A DNA stretch of 64,000 bases from Anaerolineae bacterium (lineage in GTDB: Bacteria > Chloroflexota > Anaerolineae > Anaerolineales > E44-bin32), in the NCBI GenBank assembly GCA_030605795.1, contig JAUWHR010000014.1, forward strand, positions 2,728 to 66,727. The letters are read 5' to 3'. The notes beneath the pieces are model-generated. The model was not told where the DNA came from. It worked only from the letters and a program-made list of their open reading frames with translations, and made no database searches. The position numbers and the translations under genes are program-made. Of this stretch, positions 19,791 to 29,354 are shown one piece after another. The number at the start of each line of letters is the position of its first letter. Positions within the stretch are counted from its first letter, which is position 1.

Positions 19791-20504
19791 TTATTGCGTT
19801 TGTGGTGGTGTTTGTGATTGCGCTTTGTTGTTAGTCGGATGCGGCATTTCTTTTATATATTTATCCGAAATCTTAATGGACACGATAAAATTCACAACCA
19901 AACCTATCAAATCCTTAAGTTCGTCCAATCCCATCTCTTCCCATTTTCTAGTATAGTGTGTCTCATCATTTCCAAGCCAGGTTGCCCTTTCTGCTAATGC
20001 TTTAATTCTACGGTCCTCAATATGATCTGATATAACCTTTCCAAGTGGTACCTTCCTTGCAATCTTCTCCTTCAGTTCTTCATCTTCCACCTGATCAATC
20101 ACAAAGTCCTTTACTAAGAATTCAAGCGCCTTACGATAGCCACAACCACAAACCTGTTCTAATCCTCTCGCTTCAGCTGCTTCAGCATCGTTATAAATTC
20201 CTTGAAATTTGGGCGAGATTTTATTTATCTCATCAGAAAAGGATGTCCCAATATAAGCCTTTGGTGCAGAATTCAAATATATATATGAAGTTCTACCAAG
20301 ACAGCTGTAATAGGCGATAAATAGCTTTTGACACTTTAATCTTGTGCAGCGGCAAACCAATTGCAGGTCATAATAAGTATCATAAGCATATATCACCACC
20401 GGATCGATTCCATGGTTGCACAAGGGACACGTATCTGGTTTATGCTCAATCATTCTTGAATTTTTTTCGCCTTCGACGTCTACTGATGGTATAGAAATCG
20501 TCAT
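19791..20504 (-). CDS. DUF4145-like (HEPN-related) protein with N-terminal Cys/zinc motif
   Basis: CPLC, C..C; YNDAEAAE...GYRKALEFLVKD...WLGNDETHY pattern typical of DUF4145. Confidence 0.7.
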   Translation of the reverse strand: MTISIPSVDVEGEKNSRMIEHKPDTCPLCNHGIDPVVIYAYDTYYDLQLVCRCTRLKCQKLFIAYYSCLGRTSYIYLNSAPKAYIGTSFSDEINKISPKFQGIYNDAEAAEARGLEQVCGCGYRKALEFLVKDFVIDQVEDEELKEKIARKVPLGKVISDHIEDRRIKALAERATWLGNDETHYTRKWEEMGLDELKDLIGLVVNFIVSIKISDKYIKEMPHPTNNKAQSQTPPQTQ

Positions 20505-20614
20505 TATTCACTTCCTAGAAATACTCATGATGACTACGCAAATAAGAGTCTATCCCACATTAGAGCAAGTGCAAAGTACTTCAATGCACCTCATAGTGAT
20601 AAGCACACAGGGAT

Positions 20615-20684
20615 GAAAATAAGTTGCCCCCAACCTGAGGGGGAACAGGCTGAGGGCTTCAGGCGTACTTGCTTATGCTCGCTT
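20615..20684 (-). ncRNA. Candidate small RNA, copy B (similar to copy A)
   Basis: 12-bp stem GCCCUCAGCCUG/CAGGUUGGGGGC (two G-U pairs, minus strand only), UUCCCCCU loop, U-rich tail; TACTCT -10-like box upstream. Confidence 0.45.
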
Positions 20685-20785
20685 GTTAAAGAGTAAAAAG
20701 GTCAGTCACAAATCTAGGGGATTGTTCTGAAGGTCTATGCTTGGAATTATGCGGACAATGAAGGTGCCTACACGATGCTGCCAAC

Positions 20786-21574
20786 TCAGCCAATCGCTTC
20801 TTCGAAAGCCACAGCTTCCAATTCCGCCATTCCTATTTTAAGTAGGAACATTTCGATCGACTCTTCTTTAGGTAGCTTTCTTTTTCTCCTTGATAGGAAC
20901 CTGGCAAACGTCGCTGCTGGACTAACCAGTGAAATCAAATCATCGATTCTTCGAGCTTTGTATAACCCTCTAAGTTGATCAATCCAGCTTCTTGGTTTTC
21001 TCACATTGACAGTCCCAAACTTGACCCCTCTGACCATCACACGTGCAATAGCTGTAACCCATTCATCATACGTTGGATAGTCTGAAGCTCCTTTCTCATA
21101 ACCGAGGTCGCCCAATAATATCTGATGGCCCTCGCTTCTATTATTATCAAACATCTTTGGATGATTCCACCAATTTAAGAGTAAATAATTCATAAAGATT
21201 TCCTTCTTTTCACTTCTTCGGATTATTTCACCGATAACTTCAGGTCGCCTATCTTTTAACGGGTATCTTTCTCGCACTTCATTATCGGATTCATTTATGG
21301 CATTAATATAGGTTCGATATTGTTGGACAATTTTATCAATCTCGTTATCAGTTGATTGGAATGTTCTACTAGAATCGCTTTCCAAACTCTCCTTTGCACT
21401 CAACTCCCTCCCACAATATCGGCATTTAATAGCATCCGATCGAATCCACTCAGCACAGTAAGGACATTTTTTACGGTCTTCTGAGGGCAACTCTGTTTCT
21501 AACTCACGACCGCAATAACGACAAACAATTGCTTCATTTTGGATTTCTTCAGCACAGAAGGGGCATTTCTTCAT
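20786..21574 (-). CDS. Double zinc-ribbon (UPF0547-like) domain protein
   Basis: Two CP(F/Y)CAE.I...A..CRYCGREL repeats. Confidence 0.75.
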   Translation of the reverse strand: MKKCPFCAEEIQNEAIVCRYCGRELETELPSEDRKKCPYCAEWIRSDAIKCRYCGRELSAKESLESDSSRTFQSTDNEIDKIVQQYRTYINAINESDNEVRERYPLKDRRPEVIGEIIRRSEKKEIFMNYLLLNWWNHPKMFDNNRSEGHQILLGDLGYEKGASDYPTYDEWVTAIARVMVRGVKFGTVNVRKPRSWIDQLRGLYKARRIDDLISLVSPAATFARFLSRRKRKLPKEESIEMFLLKIGMAELEAVAFEEAIG

Positions 21575-21646
21575 TGGAGGTCCCCTGGAGGTCGAGCAAC
21601 TACAGTCTATAATCCTTGGTCGGAAGGAGTCTGGCTGAGGTCTGAG

Positions 21647-22000
21647 TTACTTCGGCGTTGAACTAGAGCCTTCTTCTACTGGTAGTTCCCGGCCACAATA
21701 GCGACACACAATAGCTTTAGCTTTTATTATTTCTGCACAAAATGGACATTCTTTTATTTCTGGGAGTTTTGGTCCAGGTTCAGAATATCCACTCCTAAGA
21801 GTTTGTCTAGTAATTCTATTAATCTCGGTATCTCTTTTATTTTTTTGCCGACGAATTACTACTGTTTTAAATACCCAAAACCCCAACATAAATAGAATCC
21901 CGAAAATCCCGTTACTGTAATCCCCTTCAAACATTAGAATGATGCTGAAAATTATAACCAATGCGAAAATGCCCACTTCTCTTGCTGTCCATCCTGACAT
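21647..22000 (-). CDS. Membrane protein with C-terminal zinc ribbon (UPF0547-like)
   Basis: Two hydrophobic helices then CPFCAEIIKAKAIVCRYCGREL; GGAGGAG RBS before ATG 22000. Confidence 0.75.
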   Translation of the reverse strand: MSGWTAREVGIFALVIIFSIILMFEGDYSNGIFGILFMLGFWVFKTVVIRRQKNKRDTEINRITRQTLRSGYSEPGPKLPEIKECPFCAEIIKAKAIVCRYCGRELPVEEGSSSTPK

Positions 22001-22239
22001 TGGCTCCTCCTTCAATTTAAACGAGTAACGCTACGAATATCGCAATTCCAGCCCACTTCCCCTTGATGTACCAATGGCTGCCCCTATAATAAAATATTCT
22101 TCCTACTGTTCTGTAATGCCAGGGTGTCACTCGTGAGTACAATAGTCACAAATCGCCACTCGATCTAAGGGGGGCACGCCAATGAGTTGAACGTCCTACT
22201 TTCCCCTTTGGTACTAGTTGGACGCCTGATTTCATTCTA

Positions 22240-22398
22240 CTACAGGAATCTATCAATTGGGCCATGCTCCCTATGAGCCTCTGACAAATCATCCTTCACC
22301 ATTTCCACATACCGTCTGGTCATTTCCAGGGTTGAATGACCCAATAAACTCTGAAGGTGAAGGACATTCATTCCTGCTTTCAAACTTAGTATAGCAAG
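22240..22398 (-). pseudogene. Tyrosine integrase 3' remnant 2
   Basis: LAILSLKAGMNVLHLQSLLGHSTLEMTRRY...HGPIDRFL* aligns to the C-terminus of the 22572-23393 integrase. Confidence 0.85.
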
Positions 22399-22474
22399 GT
22401 GTGTGAGGTCACTATTGATTGTAGAGCCCTTAGAAGCCCTCCTGGTTCTTTGTGGGTGAAGTATAGGGGCATTC

Positions 22475-22564
22475 TCATTTATTGAGAAAAGTGTCAATAG
22501 GTCCATGTAACCTATGAGCCTCTACCAAATCATCATCCAACATTTGGACATACCGACGAGTCAT
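22475..22564 (-). pseudogene. Tyrosine integrase 3' remnant 1
   Basis: Manual translation MTRRYVQMLDDDLVEAHRLHGPIDTFLNK*; starts 7 bp after the intact integrase stop. Confidence 0.85.
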
Positions 22565-22571
22565 CAAAACT

Positions 22572-23393
22572 TCAATTCAAGAATCGGTCCACTGGTGAAT
22601 GATCCCTATGTGCTTGAAGCAAGTCCTCATCAACTTGGGCGACGTAGACACGAACCATATCCAAGGTACGGTGACCGAGTAGCCTCTGTAAAGCTATCAG
22701 ATTAATTCCACTCCGAAGCGCCATAGTAGCAAAGCTTCGTCGACATTTGTGGCAACTTATTTTCACCCCTGAACTCTTGCTGATCCTTTCCATTGCGGAG
22801 GCTAACCCAGAACCGGTTAGATTGAAGATTCGTCCATTGTCATCAGGAGCTTTCATTCTCCACTTCAAGAGAGCACGGCGGGCTTTGACCCCAATTACTG
22901 CTGTACGGGCTTTACCACCCTTCCCGTTGCGTACAAGTATGCTTCCTGTCTTTATGTCAACATCATCCCAAGTCAGGTCCAATAGCTCAGCCCTCCTTAG
23001 CCCACTATCAATCAAAACAAGGATGATTGCCTTATCTCTAAAATTACAGACTGTCAAGACCTTCTTGATCTCAGCGGGGGTAAGAACTTCCATCCGCTTT
23101 TCGTGTACCTTGGGCATATCAACCGTGAAGATGTTAGCAAGATACCCCTCAGCATGTGCAAAGCGTACGAATGCTCTAATTGCCCTTGCATGGGCGTGAA
23201 CGGTGGCGCTTGAAACTCCCCGTTTTGCCACACTAGCCAGAAACCTTCGCACATCCTGTGATGTGATATCATCTGTCTGCAAGCTCTCAATGAAAGGGGT
23301 CAGCATTCGTTGGTAAAAGTCTAGGGTGTCTTCACTGCACAGCTTCGCTTCTCTACTTAGTAAGAAGTCTGTCAGAATCACGTGCCCGTTCAT
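22572..23393 (-). CDS. Xer-like tyrosine recombinase/integrase
   Basis: SGLRRAEL (R), GKGGK (K), HKCR (HxxR), LLGH (H), VRVY (Y); GGAGG RBS before ATG 23393. Confidence 0.92.
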   Translation of the reverse strand: MNGHVILTDFLLSREAKLCSEDTLDFYQRMLTPFIESLQTDDITSQDVRRFLASVAKRGVSSATVHAHARAIRAFVRFAHAEGYLANIFTVDMPKVHEKRMEVLTPAEIKKVLTVCNFRDKAIILVLIDSGLRRAELLDLTWDDVDIKTGSILVRNGKGGKARTAVIGVKARRALLKWRMKAPDDNGRIFNLTGSGLASAMERISKSSGVKISCHKCRRSFATMALRSGINLIALQRLLGHRTLDMVRVYVAQVDEDLLQAHRDHSPVDRFLN

Positions 23394-23473
23394 GCTGGTA
23401 GCCTCCTGTTCCACCAGCGACGAGGCTCAAATTTCCTGTCCCTCACTTTTTCAACCCCCCGACATAAGTCTAC

Positions 23474-23502
23474 TTTACATCACTAGTAGCGCCAGATATA
23501 AT
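23474..23502 (+). promoter_or_regulatory. Promoter of tRNA-Leu/tig
   Basis: TTTACA - 17 bp - TATAAT, 9 bp before the tRNA. Confidence 0.7.
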
Positions 23503-23511
23503 CAATTGAGC

Positions 23512-23593
23512 GGGGAAGTGCTGGAATTGGCAGACAGGCGTGACTTAGGATCACGTGCCGTAAGGCGTGAGGGTTCAAATCCCTCCTTCCCCA
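23512..23593 (+). tRNA. tRNA-Leu(TAG)
   Basis: GGGGAAG/CTTCCCC acceptor, CGTGA-CTTAGGA-TCACG anticodon arm, long variable arm, GGTTCAAATCC T-loop; CCA not encoded. Confidence 0.97.
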
Positions 23594-23681
23594 TTCATGC
23601 GCTTGGACTGGATACCACCCCTACACCAGTACAAACGACAGTCCGTGCCCACCAAAGGCGCGCTCTTGGAGGATAGACACG

Positions 23682-25070
23682 TTGAAAATTAATACCGAGA
23701 CCCTGGAAGACCGCCAAGTACAGCTCACCGTGGAGATCCCCGGCGAACGTCTGCAGGCGGCGATGCGTTCCACAGCTCGACGCTTGAGCCGCGAGACTCG
23801 CATCCCTGGTTTCCGCCCAGGTAAGGCGCCATACAACATAATCATTAACAAATTTGGCGAACAGGTTGTATTCGAAGAGACGTTAGACGACCTCGGCAAG
23901 GAAATCTATCATCAGGCGCTGGAGGAAACAGAGCTCGACCCCTATGGCCCTGGCTCGCTTGATGAAGTGGTCAGTCGTGATCCGCTCGTAATACGCTATA
24001 CCGTACCGCTCCCTCCCGAAGTTAACCTAGGAAACTACCGAGAGATACGTATCCCGTACGAAGACCCCCAGGTCACCGATGACACCTTAGAGGCGGTCTT
24101 GGAGGATCTACAACAGAGACAGGCCCTGATCGAACCAGCTGATCGCCCAGCTCAACTCTCCGACGTAGTAGTTCTGGATATCCGTGGCGAGCTTCGTGAA
24201 CCACCGGATGAAGAAGACGCCATTCTACTTGATAAAAAAGGAGTGGGGGTATTGATTGCTGAAGAATCTGACTGGCCCGTTCCTGGGATAGCCGAGCATC
24301 TCATAGGACTTGAGGTCGGAGACGACCGCCACTTTGAGTATATCTTTCCGGAGGACTATCCCTCAGAGGACTTACACAATCTCACCGCTGATTTCCATCT
24401 CACTTGCCTCGAAGTCAAATCTCGAATCGTCCCCGATTGGTCGGATGACCTAGCTCGAAACGTTGGGGACTACAACGACCTTCTCGATCTACGCTTGAAA
24501 ATCCGTGGGGAGTTGCTTGAACGAGCCCAACGCCAGGCCGATGCGGAGTACGCCCAACGGGTAATCGAAGCTACGATTGAAGGCGCCACAATCAGCTACC
24601 CACCAATGCTGCTGCAAGACGAAGTGAACGAAATGCTGACAGAGTTGGGACGACGTTTGATGAGACAGAACCTCAATCTGGAAGACTACTTAAAGATCGA
24701 GAAAAAAACCAAAGAGGAACTTCGCTCCGAGCTTGAACCGCGAGCCCTAGAACGCCTCACTCAAGCTCTCGCCCTGGGGAAATTAGTCGAGGTCGAGGAA
24801 CTTGAGGTGGGGGAGGAGGAAGTTAGTACCGAAATCGATCGAATCATCGCACCTTTCAAAGACCAGTCGGAAGAGATCCGGAAGTCGTTTGACGACCCGA
24901 TGAGTCGCCGTCACCTCACCCTTGATCTGCTTACTAATAAAGCCATTAAAAAAATTGTCGCTATCGCTAAGGGTGAGCTAAACTCTGCCGAAGAGACCTC
25001 TGCCGAAGAGACCTCTGAGGTACCCAAGCAGGAAAGTATACCTGATGAGGGTAACCCAAATAAGGAGTAA
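23682..25070 (+). CDS. tig: Trigger factor
   Basis: [10 protein letters not shown] signature; TTG start with GGAGG RBS; precedes clpP-clpX. Confidence 0.95.
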   Translation: MKINTETLEDRQVQLTVEIPGERLQAAMRSTARRLSRETRIPGFRPGKAPYNIIINKFGEQVVFEETLDDLGKEIYHQALEETELDPYGPGSLDEVVSRDPLVIRYTVPLPPEVNLGNYREIRIPYEDPQVTDDTLEAVLEDLQQRQALIEPADRPAQLSDVVVLDIRGELREPPDEEDAILLDKKGVGVLIAEESDWPVPGIAEHLIGLEVGDDRHFEYIFPEDYPSEDLHNLTADFHLTCLEVKSRIVPDWSDDLARNVGDYNDLLDLRLKIRGELLERAQRQADAEYAQRVIEATIEGATISYPPMLLQDEVNEMLTELGRRLMRQNLNLEDYLKIEKKTKEELRSELEPRALERLTQALALGKLVEVEELEVGEEEVSTEIDRIIAPFKDQSEEIRKSFDDPMSRRHLTLDLLTNKAIKKIVAIAKGELNSAEETSAEETSEVPKQESIPDEGNPNKE

Positions 25071-25081
25071 ATGAAAATATC

Positions 25082-25714
25082 ATGTCAGATATAAACCCTC
25101 AATTTCTCGTCCCCATGGTCATCGAAACCAGCGGCCGAGGGGAACGAGCATACGATATCTATTCTTTACTTCTCCGAGAGCGTATCATCTTTCTCGGAAC
25201 ACCGATAAACGACCAAGTCTCTAATTTGATCATTGCCCAATTGCTTTATCTCGACCGTGAGGACGCAGATAAGCAAATCTACATGTACATCAACTGTCCT
25301 GGCGGCGGTATTTATTCCGGTTTGGCAATCTATGATACGATGCAGCAGCTTAGTGCCCCAATTTCAACCGTTGCCGTAGGGGTCACAGCATCTTTTGGGA
25401 CTGTACTCTTGGCCGCGGGCACCAAGGATATGCGCTACGCGCTGCCTCACGCGACTATCCACCTTCACCAACCAATGGGTGGAACACAAGGTCAGGCGAC
25501 CGATATTGAGATTCAGGCCAAAGAGATATTGCGCCTTCGTGAAAAATTGAATATTATTATTGCCAAACATACCGAGCAGTCGCTGGAAACAATTGAACGT
25601 GACACCGAGCGGGATTTCTACATGGATGGCGAAGCTGCCAAGGAGTACGGCCTGATCGATCACGTTCTCTACCCCTCCGACGAGAAGAAGAGTAAAGAAG
25701 AGGGAGACGAGTAG
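25082..25714 (+). CDS. clpP: ATP-dependent Clp protease proteolytic subunit
   Basis: [22 protein letters not shown] (Ser), HQP, ERD. Confidence 0.97.
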   Translation: MSDINPQFLVPMVIETSGRGERAYDIYSLLLRERIIFLGTPINDQVSNLIIAQLLYLDREDADKQIYMYINCPGGGIYSGLAIYDTMQQLSAPISTVAVGVTASFGTVLLAAGTKDMRYALPHATIHLHQPMGGTQGQATDIEIQAKEILRLREKLNIIIAKHTEQSLETIERDTERDFYMDGEAAKEYGLIDHVLYPSDEKKSKEEGDE

Positions 25715-25719
25715 TTAAA

Positions 25720-27021
25720 ATGTCGGTTAAGCACCCTACCTCACCGGAGACGCGCCGGTGCTCATTCTGCAATCGGGATGAAGGCGAGGTCCAGCGCCTG
25801 ATCGCTGGACCCGAAGGCGTTTTCATCTGCAATGAGTGTGTCGACCTTTGTCGGGACATCCTCGAAGGTGAAACTCCATGGCCTGCTACTGCAGGAACTC
25901 CCTCCGACCGGCCACCACTACCCCCCCAAGAGATTTACGGCCGATTGGATGAGTACGTTGTCGGTCAGGATAATGCTAAACGCGTGCTTTCCGTTGCCGT
26001 TTACAATCACTATAAACGGATCGCACACCGGGGCCGCACGGATGTTGAGTTGGAGAAGGCTAATATCCTTCTCATGGGCCCCACCGGCTGTGGCAAGACC
26101 TTGCTTGCCCAGACCTTAGCAAAGAGTCTCGATGTTCCCTTTTGCATCGCCGATGCGACCGCCTTAACCGAGGCCGGCTATGTGGGTGAGGACGTTGAGA
26201 ACATCCTGCTACGATTACTGCAAGCTGCTGATTTTATTGTCCCGCGTGCCGAACGGGGGATTGTCTATATTGATGAGATCGATAAGACCGCGCGCAAAAC
26301 GGGCCACAATCCGAGCATCACCCGCGATGTTTCTGGTGAAGGCGTGCAGCAGGCTCTTCTGAAGATCATCGAAGGCGCCGTGGTTAATGTGCCCCCTCAG
26401 GGCGGTCGAAAGCACCCTCAACAGGAGTTTATCCAGGTCGACACTAAAGATATCCTCTTCATCTGCGGCGGCACCTTCAATAGCTTGCCCGACATCATCG
26501 CCGAACGAATCGGTCGTCGAGGCAAACTGGGCTTCTCCGGCACGGTGGAAGACCGGGCAGTGAGCAGTGCGGACGACAGTCTCTTGTTGCGCCTGGTCAC
26601 CCCCGACGATTTGATGCGCTTTGGCATGATACCCGAACTCGTCGGACGACTGCCGATGGCGATTAGTGTGGACCCCCTCGATTTTACCGCCCTGCGTACC
26701 ATTCTCACCAGACCGCGTAATGCCCTAGTGCGCCAATACCAGCGCCTGTTCGAGATGGACAACGTCGAGCTCCACTTTACCACTGAGGCTTTGGATTCGG
26801 CGGCTGAATTAGCGTTAGACCGAGAAACCGGTGCCCGTGGTCTGCGGGCCATCATTGAAACCACCCTGCTCGACGTGATGTACGAGATCCCCTCACGCCC
26901 CGAGATCCATAAGGTTACAGTGGGCGAAGACGCGATTACTGGCACTGGTCGACCCCGGCTGCTCGACGCCCAAGGTAAGCAACTCCCCTTCGGAGACGAA
27001 ATTCTGTCAGACGCTGCCTGA
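25720..27021 (+). CDS. clpX: ATP-dependent Clp protease ATP-binding subunit
   Basis: CSFC...CNEC zinc finger, [27 protein letters not shown]. Confidence 0.97.
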   Translation: MSVKHPTSPETRRCSFCNRDEGEVQRLIAGPEGVFICNECVDLCRDILEGETPWPATAGTPSDRPPLPPQEIYGRLDEYVVGQDNAKRVLSVAVYNHYKRIAHRGRTDVELEKANILLMGPTGCGKTLLAQTLAKSLDVPFCIADATALTEAGYVGEDVENILLRLLQAADFIVPRAERGIVYIDEIDKTARKTGHNPSITRDVSGEGVQQALLKIIEGAVVNVPPQGGRKHPQQEFIQVDTKDILFICGGTFNSLPDIIAERIGRRGKLGFSGTVEDRAVSSADDSLLLRLVTPDDLMRFGMIPELVGRLPMAISVDPLDFTALRTILTRPRNALVRQYQRLFEMDNVELHFTTEALDSAAELALDRETGARGLRAIIETTLLDVMYEIPSRPEIHKVTVGEDAITGTGRPRLLDAQGKQLPFGDEILSDAA

Positions 27022-27267
27022 TCCCACCTTTGCCAGCCAAAGGATGGCTCGGTTGTATGAATAGCTTATCTTCTGATTTTATCTTGCCGCGTTATAGAGC
27101 TATCAAGAGAATCGCTGTCGTTATCTGCCCCCCGTTCACAGCACTGCCTTTCCCTAGAGCACCCAGGCCATAAAGTTCTAGGTGAAACCTATGTTCAGAT
27201 CCCCTAGCCAAGGGCGGAAGTGAGCATTATCCTCTCACCCCACCCTAGGCCACGAGCTGGAGTATGT

Positions 27268-28071
27268 ATGGGTGAACTAAACCAAATACAGGCCATGATC
27301 ATCGATCTTGACGGAGTCTTATGGCTCGGCGATACTCCTCTTCCAGGTGTTGTGGATCTATTTAACTTGCTCCACCGAAAATCGATCCAATACATTTTAG
27401 CGACAAACAATGCCACCGCCGACCCCAATAGCGTATGCAACCGCTTAGCAACGTTAGGGGTTAATGTAGAGCCCGACAGGATCCTTACCTCCGGTCAGGC
27501 ATCTGCCCAATTCCTCCAACTGCAATTGCCTCAGGGAGCTCTTGTATACACCATTGGCGAGTCAGCCCTTAGGATAGCCCTAACCCAAGTGGGTTTTACT
27601 CTCACCGATGCTGCAGACGGCGCGCAGGCTGTCGTGGTTGGCCTTGATCGCCAGTTATCATGGAACACAATGTCTGAGGCTGCCCTGGCGATCCAAGCAG
27701 GCGCCATTTTCATAGGTACCAATCCTGATGTTTCCTTCCCCATGGAACGCGGTCAGGTGCCAGGCGTCGGCGCCACACTGGCCGCGCTGAAAGCGGCTAC
27801 TGGAGTCCAGCCAACAATTGTCGGTAAGCCAGAACCACATCTCTACCTCCAAGCGCTGCAGCGCCTAGACACCGAACCCGAACGAGCCCTCATGCTTGGC
27901 GACCGTCTTGAAACGGACATCCTCGGTGGCCAACATGCTGGGATGGTGACCTGTCTCGTCCTGACCGGCATTACCCAGCGCCAAGATCTGGTCGACTCCT
28001 CAATCCAACCTGATTATGTCTTCGAGGACTTGCCCCAGCTGTGCCGCGCGCTGGTAGGCGAAATGCCTTGA
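27268..28071 (+). CDS. HAD-IIA (NagD-like) hydrolase
   Basis: DLDGVLW, TNN, TNPD, GKP, GDRLETD. Confidence 0.9.
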   Translation: MGELNQIQAMIIDLDGVLWLGDTPLPGVVDLFNLLHRKSIQYILATNNATADPNSVCNRLATLGVNVEPDRILTSGQASAQFLQLQLPQGALVYTIGESALRIALTQVGFTLTDAADGAQAVVVGLDRQLSWNTMSEAALAIQAGAIFIGTNPDVSFPMERGQVPGVGATLAALKAATGVQPTIVGKPEPHLYLQALQRLDTEPERALMLGDRLETDILGGQHAGMVTCLVLTGITQRQDLVDSSIQPDYVFEDLPQLCRALVGEMP

Positions 28072-29132
28072 ACAAGCGTCCATTATTCTACGACCTGACC
28101 CCCGAGGACCTCACACAACGCATGTTGACCTGGGGTGAACCGGCTTACCGGGGTCGTCAACTTTGGCGCGGCGTCTACCGGCAATTAGCTGGGGGGCCAG
28201 AAGCGATAACTAACCTGCCACACAATCTTCAACACCGCCTTTCCGAAGCCTTTTCCTTCTGTTCTATGAAAGTTAAAACAACGGTGCGTTCGACCGATAA
28301 CAACACCCAAAAGGTTCTTCTCGGTCTCACCGACGGTCAATCGATCGAGGTGGTTCTTATGCGCTATGAACGACGCCGAACAGTCTGCATCTCCACCCAG
28401 GTCGGATGCGCGCTGGGCTGCGTCTTCTGCGCCACCGGTCAAATGGGCTTCGTGCGCGATCTCACCGCTGGGGAGATCGTTGAACAGGTTATATACTTCG
28501 CACGAAAACTTGCCCGGAACGGAGAGCGCCTGACCAACATTGTTGTCATGGGTATGGGCGAGCCGTTCCTCAACTACCAGGCAACTATCCAGGCGATCGA
28601 CACGCTCAATAATCCTGATGGGTTCAACTTCGGGGCTCGACGATTCACAATCTCTACTATCGGCCTGACGCCGATGATCGAACGCTTCACTCAAGAGCGA
28701 CGGCAAGTTAACCTCGCTGTTTCTCTCCACGCCGCTACAGACGAGTTACGCCAACAGTTGCTGCCGATCAACCGCCGCTATCCATTAGAAAGCCTCATCC
28801 CTGCTTGCCGTAATTATGTCGAGCAAACCGGCCGTCGGATAACATTCGAATGGGCACTCATTCACCAAGTCAACGATGGATTAGACCAAGCGGAGGCGCT
28901 GGCAGACCTGATCCAAGGTTTAAACTGTCATATCAACATAATCCCCCTCAACCCAACCAATGGCTACGCAGGTGAAACCACACCCCAGCAACAAGTGAAA
29001 ACCTTTTACCACTACCTCACCGGCCGAAAGATCCATTGCACGATTCGGATGCGGCGGGGGATTAGTATTAACGCAGGCTGTGGCCAGCTGGTGACCGAAC
29101 GAAAGGCTGATACTAAACCAAGTATCGTTTAG
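28068..29132 (+). CDS. rlmN: 23S rRNA/tRNA m2A methyltransferase RlmN (radical SAM)
   Basis: CISTQVGCALGCVFC, MGMGEP, SLHA, AGCGQL. Confidence 0.93.
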   Translation: MNKRPLFYDLTPEDLTQRMLTWGEPAYRGRQLWRGVYRQLAGGPEAITNLPHNLQHRLSEAFSFCSMKVKTTVRSTDNNTQKVLLGLTDGQSIEVVLMRYERRRTVCISTQVGCALGCVFCATGQMGFVRDLTAGEIVEQVIYFARKLARNGERLTNIVVMGMGEPFLNYQATIQAIDTLNNPDGFNFGARRFTISTIGLTPMIERFTQERRQVNLAVSLHAATDELRQQLLPINRRYPLESLIPACRNYVEQTGRRITFEWALIHQVNDGLDQAEALADLIQGLNCHINIIPLNPTNGYAGETTPQQQVKTFYHYLTGRKIHCTIRMRRGISINAGCGQLVTERKADTKPSIV

Positions 29133-29354
29133 CACCGAGCCTGATCGATTCCCCTCTAATCTACTATTAGGTGAAGTTGGGTAAAGAGTATCAGATCCGC
29201 CTGTCCCTAGAACTGAGTTACGATCCAGTTCCTGATAGCGGTGCGTTTCAAGTGCGCCTGCTTTTTTTATTTCATGAGCCATTTGAACGTCGTACTGGCA
29301 ACCATCAAACCCTTTACCTTGTCAATTACCCCCTGGAAAGGTATCATTGCCAAG

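Larger units (their letters stand above)
15832..23460. mobile_element. AT-rich genomic island / integrative element remnant upstream of tRNA-Leu
   Basis: Visible drop in GC; tyrosine integrase plus remnants; all cargo on minus strand; weak 15/18 direct repeat at 15832-15849 and 23443-23460; boundaries approximate. Confidence 0.75.

Noticed and set aside
19726-19956. Plus-strand 76-aa ORF after GGAGGGGGG as a possible type I toxin
   Set aside because: TTG start with long SD spacing, overlaps the 3' end of the DUF4145-like gene antisense, no counterpart at copy B
20510-20520. acttcctagaa, matching the Bacillus dif left arm as I recall it
   Set aside because: No XerD arm follows, and it overlaps the RBS region (AGGAAGTG) of the minus-strand gene starting at 20504
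23457-23484. dif-like 11-6-11 arrangement (gacataa-gtctac-tttacat) beside the integrase
   Set aside because: Arms match poorly and the right arm is explained as the -35 box (TTTACA) of the tRNA promoter
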